NCBI GenBank assembly: GCA_033764015.1
Contig: JANRJK010000017.1
Location: 75,202-139,201, forward strand
Length of the DNA stretch: 64,000 nucleotides
Source of the DNA: Candidatus Sumerlaeia bacterium
GTDB lineage: Bacteria; Sumerlaeota; Sumerlaeia; SLMS01; JANRJK01
Direction: 5' to 3'
Shown here: one piece after another, positions 20,106 to 27,524 of the stretch
Layout of the letters: every line of letters starts with the position of its first letter
How positions within the stretch are numbered: position 1 is the stretch's first letter
Notes under the pieces: model-generated
Databases searched by the model: none
Told to the model about the DNA's origin: nothing
What the model saw: the letters and a program-made list of their open reading frames with translations, nothing else
Made by a program: the position numbers and the translations under genes

Positions 20106-20844
20106 CGCTCTCGAAGTTTGTGTAGCGGAAAGCCAGGAACTCGCCGCGTGCTTCGTCGCAGCGTTCGAGCACGATGTCGATGGAGGGGCGCTCCGCCGGC
20201 GCGGTGGCGCGCATGGCGAGCGTGAAGCGGTCGACGCGTCCGAGCAGCGGCGCCAAGGAGGCGCCGGGGTCGTCGACGCGGCGGCGCAGCTCGTCGAGGA
20301 CCGCGCCAAGCGCGAAGACGTCCTCCGCGGGGGATCGCTCGCCGCACTTCGCCTCCGGTGCCGCGTAGGCCTCGGTGCAAAAGCGGTGTCGCGTGCCGGA
20401 GCGCAGGTCGATCGCCAGGCCGAAGTCGGAAAGCACCCACTCCTCCGCGCGGGTGTTGCGGCGGAGGAGGATGTTCCCTGGCTTCACGTCGCAGTGGACG
20501 ATGCCGTGGCGGTGCAGTTCGGCGAGCGCGGAAGCGATTTGCTGCCATACTTCGAAGAGCGTCTCAAGCCCGGCGACGGGACGCCGTTCGAGGTAGGCGC
20601 GGAGCGAGCCGCCCGCGCAGAACTCGAGGTAGAGGCGCCGCGCGTCGGGGGTGTCCTCGAAGCCGAGCAGCTCGACGATGTGCGGATGGCGGACGCGCGA
20701 AAGCAGCGACAGCTCGCGGTGGAAGGCGCGCGCGGAGCCGGGCGCGAACTCCTTGGCGGCCTGCGGCCCCGCGGGCGTTTCGACGCGGTAAACCCGCGCC
20801 TCCGCCCCGGCGTCGAGAAAGCGCACCCGCGCGTTGCTATCCAC
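20077..20844 (-). CDS. Stand-alone Ser/Thr protein kinase
   Basis: AAKEF, HPHIV, VHCDVKPGNIL, DFGLA, YAAPE, DVFALG. Confidence 0.85.
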   Translation of the reverse strand: MDSNARVRFLDAGAEARVYRVETPAGPQAAKEFAPGSARAFHRELSLLSRVRHPHIVELLGFEDTPDARRLYLEFCAGGSLRAYLERRPVAGLETLFEVWQQIASALAELHRHGIVHCDVKPGNILLRRNTRAEEWVLSDFGLAIDLRSGTRHRFCTEAYAAPEAKCGERSPAEDVFALGAVLDELRRRVDDPGASLAPLLGRVDRFTLAMRATAPAERPSIDIVLERCDEARGEFLAFRYTNFESDGAVPIAIG

Positions 20845-21517
20845 GGCGGTTCAACTGCTCCGTGTCCGAGTCGCTCACGAACGCGCCGCCCATCGGGAGG
20901 ACCCCGGCCAGCACGTCCTCGTGAGTGCCTCCCTCGGCGATGATGTTGCGGGCCGTTTGCAGCCGCGCCGCGATGCCGACGAGGAACATGCAGTGAGGCG
21001 CGCCGGTGGCCGAGCAGGCGGTCTCGACGCACTCGACGTCGGGGCGCTCGGAGACGTGCGCGATGAACTGGCCCAGGAGGCCGGCAACGATCATGTCAAC
21101 CGGCTGCCGCGACGGGCCGGTGATCTCGACGAACGCGCTGTTCTCGAGCTTCGCGACGATGTAGCCGTGCTCCGCGTGCTGCAGGTCGATGGTGAGCAGC
21201 CCCCAGCCGTGGTAGCGGAAGAACGCCTCGAGCAGATTCATGAACTCCCGCGTGGGCAGCTCGTGGAGCGGGCGCCCGTAGAAGTCCGACATCTCCTTGT
21301 GGAAGCGCTTGGCGACGCGCTTCCCCCAGATGCGTCCGGACTGGAGCATGATCTCGCGCCACGCGTCGCCGGTCTCCTCCTCGAGCACCTGCTTGAGCGC
21401 CAGGAGGAACTCGCTCGGCATGAAGCAGAGCTTCGTCTTCGACCGGTTGTGGACCGTACCGCGGCGCAGGTCGTGGATGAAGTAGTCCGTCTCGAAGAAG
21501 GGAACGGGCTGGATCAC
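20837..21517 (-). CDS. V4R domain protein (2)
   Basis: GWG.L.ID, ENSAF, PV....AG, ETACSATGAPHCMF; GTGA overlap with globin stop. Confidence 0.82.
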   Translation of the reverse strand: MIQPVPFFETDYFIHDLRRGTVHNRSKTKLCFMPSEFLLALKQVLEEETGDAWREIMLQSGRIWGKRVAKRFHKEMSDFYGRPLHELPTREFMNLLEAFFRYHGWGLLTIDLQHAEHGYIVAKLENSAFVEITGPSRQPVDMIVAGLLGQFIAHVSERPDVECVETACSATGAPHCMFLVGIAARLQTARNIIAEGGTHEDVLAGVLPMGGAFVSDSDTEQLNRRG

Positions 21518-22008
21518 GTGAGGACGGACTCCGCGGGGAGGATCTTTTCGGCGAGGGCGAGGTAGGGATCGAGGAGTTGCGCGGCGGCGGCGGGGAGCTG
21601 CTTCGACGCCTCCTTGCGCAGGAGGGCGTAGGTGAACGCGATGGAGCCCTCGGGAAACGCAAGCGCCTGGATGATGGTGCGCATCCAGAGGAGCAGCTTG
21701 TTCTCGTACACCGTCGGATCGCCCGCGAGCATCGCGAGGACCGCGTAGTGGTACACGCCGCCGACGTCGCGGTAGCACTTGGCGGGGCCGTATCCGGCGC
21801 GCCCCGTGACGAAATCGAAGCGGCGCAGGACCGTGTCGACGGTGGCCTTCACGACGGCGGCCTCCGCGGCGGCCGCGGCGCGGGCGGCGGCGACGCGCTG
21901 CGCGAGGTGCGGCTCCTCCGCGAGGATCCGGGTGAAGTCGTCTTCGGTCAACGGGCGGTTGGGCTCGTTCTTGATGACGCGGGCGAGGTGGGTTTGCGGC
22001 TCGGGCAT
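21514..22008 (-). CDS. Phycobiliprotein-like globin (BBAG / allophycocyanin-like)
   Basis: 164 aa; R.L...DF; KCYRD (cf. phycobiliprotein C-x-R-D bilin site); YAVLAMLAGD; LLWM.TI..AL; PYL near C-terminus. Confidence 0.82.
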   Translation of the reverse strand: MPEPQTHLARVIKNEPNRPLTEDDFTRILAEEPHLAQRVAAARAAAAAEAAVVKATVDTVLRRFDFVTGRAGYGPAKCYRDVGGVYHYAVLAMLAGDPTVYENKLLLWMRTIIQALAFPEGSIAFTYALLRKEASKQLPAAAAQLLDPYLALAEKILPAESVLT

Positions 22009-22015
22009 GGAGGTC

Positions 22016-22354
22016 TTAGAAGTACTCCTTGAGGATTTCGGCGGAGGAGGGCGCACCGGGCAGGCGAGGCGTCGGATCGGACGCCGCCGCGAGCGTGTAA
22101 GCGGTGGCGGGGGCCGGGACGCCCTCCCAGTTGAAGGCGCGGAAGTACTGCCCGACCGTCTCGACATCGAGGTCCGCCGCCGGGACATGCGTGCGGCGCT
22201 CGCCGGTCCACGGGAAGGCGCGGAAGAACATGCGCGCGGCGAGGTCGAGCGAGAGGCCCTGCTGCGCGGCGGGCTCCGCCGACAGCGCGCTTGCGAGCGA
22301 CGCGGCGGCGCGGCGGAGTGAGGCCGCCTCGGGGATGTTCAGTGCGAGGGCCAT
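22016..22354 (-). CDS. Small protein with two FxAFxWxG repeats
   Basis: FFRAFPWTG and YFRAFNWEG; lies between V4R and globin genes with 1-7 nt spacing. Confidence 0.65.
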   Translation of the reverse strand: MALALNIPEAASLRRAAASLASALSAEPAAQQGLSLDLAARMFFRAFPWTGERRTHVPAADLDVETVGQYFRAFNWEGVPAPATAYTLAAASDPTPRLPGAPSSAEILKEYF

Positions 22355-22355
22355 G

Positions 22356-23018
22356 TCAGGCCAGCCGCTCCAGGACTTCCTGCGCCGTGGCGCCTTCCTC
22401 GACCCAGAACGCCGCTGGATTGATGCGCTTGTCGCTGCCGACCATGAAGCGGCAGACATCGTGGCCGCTCGCGAAGCACTGGATCTCGATCGACGCCAGC
22501 TCCTTCTGCGAGAGGTGCGTCATCAGGCCGCTGAACAGCCCGGCGTACCAGTAGCAGACCGGCTTGCCGAGGCGTTCGAGGCTCTTCGCCACCACGGACT
22601 CGTAGAGGTCGACGGTGATGATGCCTTGCGACTTCATCGTGAAATCGTACTTCCACGCGCCCCAACCCATCGTGGTGAGCGGCCACCACCACGTTTCGAG
22701 GACGAAGGCCAGGTGCATTCCGGAGACGGGGGTGTTGCCGAACTCCTTCACGATGTTGTCGTTGAAATTGCGCATGTCTTCGAGGGCCCAGCGGTAGCCG
22801 GTCTGGTAGAGGATCGCGCGGGCGGCCTCTTCGCCGATTTCGTGCGACATTCCGGCAAGCACCGCTGCGATGAAGTCCTCCGACAGGGCCACCACACGCT
22901 GGCCATCCTTGCGGCGGATCTCGCCGCTCTCGGGATGGATGTTGAAGAAGTCCTCCGGATCGTAGTAGTTGTGGCGGACTTCCTTGCTGCCGCCTTCCTT
23001 GATGCCGATGACGCTCAT
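22356..23018 (-). CDS. V4R domain protein (1)
   Basis: GWGAW, KPVCYWYAGLFSG, EIQCFASGHDVCRF (C/E/C/C set). Confidence 0.85.
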   Translation of the reverse strand: MSVIGIKEGGSKEVRHNYYDPEDFFNIHPESGEIRRKDGQRVVALSEDFIAAVLAGMSHEIGEEAARAILYQTGYRWALEDMRNFNDNIVKEFGNTPVSGMHLAFVLETWWWPLTTMGWGAWKYDFTMKSQGIITVDLYESVVAKSLERLGKPVCYWYAGLFSGLMTHLSQKELASIEIQCFASGHDVCRFMVGSDKRINPAAFWVEEGATAQEVLERLA

Positions 23019-23028
23019 GGGGCGCTCC

Positions 23029-23448
23029 TCAGTTCGATTGGCGAAGTTTGTTGATCACGTACTTGCTGATGATCTGGCCGGCCTTGACGAGGACCCGGCC
23101 GTCGATGGCATCGCAGATGTCGCGCTCGGCCCGCTTGCCGACCATTGCGTCCAGCTCGTCGATACGCTCGATGAAGGTGGCGTTGGGGATGGCCACCTGC
23201 ACATCGCCGAGCACGCGCGCCTGGCAGGAGAGCCGGGTATTCGGCTGGCGCGTCGAGAGCATCGCCAGCGCCCGCTCTTCCTTCGCCTCGACCGGTGACA
23301 GGTTCTCCGCTCCGCCGACCACCAGCACGTGGCAGGTGGCGCAACGCCCGTTGCCGCCGCAGAGCATCGGCACTTCGAGGTGCATCGCGAGCAGGCCCTC
23401 GGCGAGGGGGCTCGACGTCTTGCACTCGACCTTGTCGTAGGTGGGCAT
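23029..23448 (-). CDS. 2Fe-2S ferredoxin (adrenodoxin-type) with C-terminal extension
   Basis: CGGNGRCATCHV ... RLSCQA. Confidence 0.88.
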   Translation of the reverse strand: MPTYDKVECKTSSPLAEGLLAMHLEVPMLCGGNGRCATCHVLVVGGAENLSPVEAKEERALAMLSTRQPNTRLSCQARVLGDVQVAIPNATFIERIDELDAMVGKRAERDICDAIDGRVLVKAGQIISKYVINKLRQSN

Positions 23449-23825
23449 CAGTTGGACGGACTTCATTGGGGGGCGGGGGGCGGGTCCTGAGGCGCTTGGA
23501 GTAACTCAACTCGAATCGGTCCGGCACCGGACCATTGCGACCCAGAGTGCGCCAATCATGCCAAAGCGCCGCTGATCGGTTGCACCCAAGAGCGAACGGG
23601 CGACCCATTTTGCTGCATCGTCCCGCTCGAACGGTCAAACGAGCGGGCCTAAAGCCTACTTTTTCGCAATCTTGGTTGCTTGAAGCGCGTGCCCCGGCTG
23701 GCGCTACTCCCGAGCCACATGGTGCGTCCGACACTGGCCAAAGTAGCGCACCCGACGCGCCCGCCGCCGAAATGCCCCACCCTGCTTGACGTGACGTCCC
23801 GCCCCGCCACACTTCCGTGCTAAAG

Positions 23826-26800
23826 ATGGCCAGCACCCCCCAATTCCGCACGCTGCTGCTGACGGATCTCGTCGGTAGCACGGCGCTCGTCGAGCGCCTC
23901 GGCGACGCGCGTTCGGGGGAGCTGTTCGCCCGCACCGACCGCGCCGCGCGGGACCTCCTCGCCGCGCACAACGGCCGCGAGATCGACCGCACCGACGGAT
24001 TCCTGCTGCTCTTCGAGCGGCCGATCGACGCGGTGCGCTTCGCGCTCGCGCACCATGCGGCGCTGGCGGCGCTCGGCGTGGAGGCAGGCGAGCCGCTCGC
24101 CGCGCGCACCGGCATCCACTTCGCCGAGGTGGTCCTCCGCGAGAACCCGCCGGCGGACATCGCCCGCGGCGCGAAACCGCTCGAGGTCGAGGGCCTCGCA
24201 AAGCCGCTCGCGGCGCGGGTGATGTCGCTCGCGGAACCGCGCCAGACGCTCCTGACGCGCGCGGCGTTCGACCTTGCGCGGCGCGCCAGCGTGGGCACGG
24301 ACGCGGTGCCCGGCGGCGCGCGCTGGGTGGCGCACGGCCCATACCTCTTCAAGGGTGTCGAGGAGCCGATCGAGGTCTTCGAGGCGGGCGTGCCGGGCCT
24401 GGCGCCGCTGAAGGCGCCGGCGGGTTCGGAGAAGGCGCGGCGCGGCCTGCGGCCCGGCGAGGAGGACATGCTCGGCTGGCGCCCCGCGCCCTCGGTCGCG
24501 ATTCCGGGGCGCGAGCACTGGGTGCTCGCCGAGCGGCTCGGCGAAGGCGGCTTCGGCGAAGTGTGGCTCGCGCGTCACGCGAAGACGAAGGAGCCGCGCG
24601 TCTTCAAGTTCTGCTTCGACGTGGAGCGCCTCCGCGGCCTCAAGCGCGAGGTGACGCTGTTCCGCCTCCTGAAGGAAACGCTCGGCGACCGCGAGGACAT
24701 TGCGCGCGTGATCGACTGGTCCTTCGAGGCGGCGCCGTTCTTCATCGAGAGCGACTACACCGACGGCGGCGACCTGCTGGACTGGGCGGAGGGGCAGGGA
24801 GGCCTTGGCCAGGTGCCTCTCGCGGTGCGGCTCGAACTCGTCGCGCAGGTGGCGGGGGCCCTGGGCGCGGCGCACTCGGTCGGCGTGCTGCACAAGGACA
24901 TCAAGCCCTCCAACGTGCTGGTGACCGCCAGGCGCGACGGGCCGCGGGCGCGGCTGGCGGACTTCGGCATCGGCGCGGTGCTGGACCGCTCGCGGCTCGA
25001 GTCGGCGGGCCTCGCGGAGACGAACCTCACGGCAATGTCGATCGTGGCGAGCGCGGCCGGCGCCAGCAGCGGCACGCGCATGTACGCCGCGCCGGAGCTG
25101 CTGGAGGGCAAGCCCGCCACGATCCAGGCGGACATCTATGCGCTCGGCGTGCTGCTCTACCAGCTTGTGGTGGGCGATGCGCGCCGCGCGCTCTCCAGCG
25201 ACTGGCGCGAGGAAGTCGCGGACGAGCTGCTGCGCGAGGACATCGCGTGGTGCGTCGCGGGCGACCCGCGCAAGCGGCTCGGCAACGCGGAGCGGCTCGC
25301 GGACCGCCTGCGCACGCTTGAGGCGCGGCGCACGGCCCTCGCGGAGGAGCGGCGCAAGGCGGCGGAGGCCGAAGCGGCCCTGGCATCGCTGGAGCGCTCG
25401 CGCCGGCGGCGCCGGTTCGCAACCGCAGCGGGAGCGGTGGGCGGCATCGTGCTCGTCGTCGTCTCCGTGCTCCTCGTGCAGGCCCAGCGCGCGCGCCGCG
25501 CGGCGGAGGAACAGACGGCCCGCGCCCTCGCCGCCGAAGCCGACGCCCGCAGCGCCCGCGACCGCGCCGACGCCGCTCGCACCGAAGCGGAGGAGCTTGT
25601 CGGGTTCATGGTGGGCGACCTCAGGGCGAAGCTGATTCCCGTCGGCCGCCTCGACATCATGGACGACGTGCTCGCCAGAGTGGATGCCCTGCTGGAGGGG
25701 CGGCGGGGAGAAGGGCTGACCACCCGGGAACGGGATGCGCAGGTCGGGCTGCTGATCGAAATCGTGGATGTGCGGCGAGCGCAGGGGAGGGTGGAGGAGG
25801 CCGACGCCGCAGCCCGCCGCGCGCTCGCCGAAGCGGAGGCACTCGCGTCGCTGGACCCTGCCAACGGGAAGTGGCAGCAACGGTTGGGCATGGCGTGGGT
25901 CCAGATCGCCGACATCCGGCGGGAGCAAGGGAAGCTGGAGGAGTCGTGGGCGGCTGCCGAGCAGTGCCTCGCGATCATGGAGAAGCTGTCACCGTCCGAC
26001 GTGGCGACCGCAACGTGGGCGAACGGGCTCGCCGCGTCGTGGATCATGATGGGAAAGGTCATGAGGGAGAGGGGAAGGCTGCCGGAAGCGCGGGAGGCCT
26101 ACGGGAAGATGCGCGCGCTCTACGAGCAGCAGGTCGCTTCGGACCCGGCCAACGCGGAGTCGCAGCGGGGGCTCGCCGTTTCGTGGAACCTGATCGGCGG
26201 AGTGCTCCAGTCCGAAGGCAACCTGGAGGAAGCGAACACGGCGTTCCAGAAGTGCCTCGGGGTCTTCGAGCGGCTGGCGGAGGCGGACCCGGCCAACGCG
26301 GAGTGGCAGCGAGAGCTTGGCATTTCCTGGAACCGTATCGGCGGGATCCACGAGACGCAGGGGAAGCTCGATGAGGCCCAGGAGGCGTTCGGGAAGGCCC
26401 ACGCGATCGCCGAGAAGCTGGTAGCGTCGGACCCAACGAACGCCGGCTGGCAGAACGAGCTGGCCCTTTCGTGGGCCCTGCTGGCAGGAATCAGGGAGGC
26501 TCAGGGACAGCTCGATCTGGCGCAGGAGGCCTCGGAGAGAAGCCACACCATCTACTCGAAGCTGGCGGCATCCGACCCGGCGAATCCGGGGGGGCAGCGA
26601 GACCTCGGTAACTCGTGGAACTGGATCGGCGACATCCTCGAGGCGCAGGGGAAACAGGAGGAGGCTCAGGAGGCGTTCGGTAAGAGTCTCGCGATCTTCG
26701 AGAAGCTGGCGGCGTCGGACCCGACGAACGCGAGGTGGCAGCGAGACCTCGGTGTTTCGTGGAGCCGCATCGGCGGCATCCTCGAGGCGCAGGGGAAGCT

Positions 26801-27086
26801 CGACGAAGCCCGGCAGGCCTACCTCTCCGCGGTCAAGGCACTCGACGCTGGAGGAGGAGCGGCGCGCTATAGGCCCAAGACCAAAGTCAGAGCCGCGCGC
26901 GCCTACCTGCGTGTGGGCCGCCCCGAGGACGCTCGGGGAATCCTGCAGGGAGTCCTTGAGTTGGGAGCAGCGGCGAACCTTCCCGCGCTCGAGGCCGCCA
27001 TCCTCACCGACCTCTGCGCGGAACTCGGCATCGAGGTGCCGCCAGCCGCCTCGCCGGACGCGCCTGCCTCCCCGGGGAATCCCTGA
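23826..27086 (+). CDS. Class III cyclase-like + Ser/Thr kinase + TM + TPR protein (paralog 2)
   Basis: Same N-terminal motifs as 4806..8396; HKDIKPSN/DFG/APE; TM helix; 48-aa TPR-like repeats (DPxNAxWQRxLxxSW). Confidence 0.85.
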   Translation: MASTPQFRTLLLTDLVGSTALVERLGDARSGELFARTDRAARDLLAAHNGREIDRTDGFLLLFERPIDAVRFALAHHAALAALGVEAGEPLAARTGIHFAEVVLRENPPADIARGAKPLEVEGLAKPLAARVMSLAEPRQTLLTRAAFDLARRASVGTDAVPGGARWVAHGPYLFKGVEEPIEVFEAGVPGLAPLKAPAGSEKARRGLRPGEEDMLGWRPAPSVAIPGREHWVLAERLGEGGFGEVWLARHAKTKEPRVFKFCFDVERLRGLKREVTLFRLLKETLGDREDIARVIDWSFEAAPFFIESDYTDGGDLLDWAEGQGGLGQVPLAVRLELVAQVAGALGAAHSVGVLHKDIKPSNVLVTARRDGPRARLADFGIGAVLDRSRLESAGLAETNLTAMSIVASAAGASSGTRMYAAPELLEGKPATIQADIYALGVLLYQLVVGDARRALSSDWREEVADELLREDIAWCVAGDPRKRLGNAERLADRLRTLEARRTALAEERRKAAEAEAALASLERSRRRRRFATAAGAVGGIVLVVVSVLLVQAQRARRAAEEQTARALAAEADARSARDRADAARTEAEELVGFMVGDLRAKLIPVGRLDIMDDVLARVDALLEGRRGEGLTTRERDAQVGLLIEIVDVRRAQGRVEEADAAARRALAEAEALASLDPANGKWQQRLGMAWVQIADIRREQGKLEESWAAAEQCLAIMEKLSPSDVATATWANGLAASWIMMGKVMRERGRLPEAREAYGKMRALYEQQVASDPANAESQRGLAVSWNLIGGVLQSEGNLEEANTAFQKCLGVFERLAEADPANAEWQRELGISWNRIGGIHETQGKLDEAQEAFGKAHAIAEKLVASDPTNAGWQNELALSWALLAGIREAQGQLDLAQEASERSHTIYSKLAASDPANPGGQRDLGNSWNWIGDILEAQGKQEEAQEAFGKSLAIFEKLAASDPTNARWQRDLGVSWSRIGGILEAQGKLDEARQAYLSAVKALDAGGGAARYRPKTKVRAARAYLRVGRPEDARGILQGVLELGAAANLPALEAAILTDLCAELGIEVPPAASPDAPASPGNP
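26135..26830 (+). repeat. Tandem 144-bp (48-aa) TPR-like coding repeats
   Basis: Units ASDPANAESQRGLAVSW.., EADPANAEWQRELGISW.., ASDPTNAGWQNELALSW.., ASDPANPGGQRDLGNSW.., ASDPTNARWQRDLGVSW..; boundaries approximate. Confidence 0.75.
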
Positions 27087-27228
27087 CTTTCCACCTTCCC
27101 AAGATCGACCGCTCCACGTCCGGAGATCATCCGCGCATCATCCCCGGATCAACCGGTGGTGGGCCGGTGAGGGTTCGGGGCCGGTTGCACCGGGTATCCC
27201 CGGAGAAGCGGCGCTGCGAGTCCCCGCG

Positions 27229-27465
27229 CTACTCCCCGACCGCTTCCTCCGCCACCAGCTCCCAGTCCTTTTCCAGCACCTTGCGCGTTTGGCGTTCGGC
27301 TTGTTCCGGGGTGGTGCCGTAGAAGGTGGGCGCGGCGGGGGCGTCGGCGGAGCCGTCGAGGGAGTCGATCTTCGAGACGAAGTGGCCGTCCTCTTCGTAG
27401 ATGTGGAGGACCACTTCGCGGCGCGAGCCGTTGTCGAGGTGTTCGTAGGTGAGCTTCTTGCGCAT
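27229..27465 (-). CDS. Small hypothetical protein downstream of metH
   Basis: MRKKLTYEHL..., strong SD (AGGAGGAG) upstream, typical codon usage. Confidence 0.6.
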   Translation of the reverse strand: MRKKLTYEHLDNGSRREVVLHIYEEDGHFVSKIDSLDGSADAPAAPTFYGTTPEQAERQTRKVLEKDWELVAEEAVGE

Positions 27466-27524
27466 GGGCGGTCTCCTCCTGAGGAGGCCAGTCTGCACGC
27501 GGGGGCGGCCCGGCGCAAGCCGGG

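Noticed and set aside
17478..23448. Phycobilisome or photosynthesis gene cluster
   Set aside because: Single globin; no alpha/beta pair, known linkers, lyases or photosystem genes in the window.
23015..24469. 484-aa minus-strand ORF bridging ferredoxin and cyclase genes
   Set aside because: Low-complexity, overlaps two well-supported genes.
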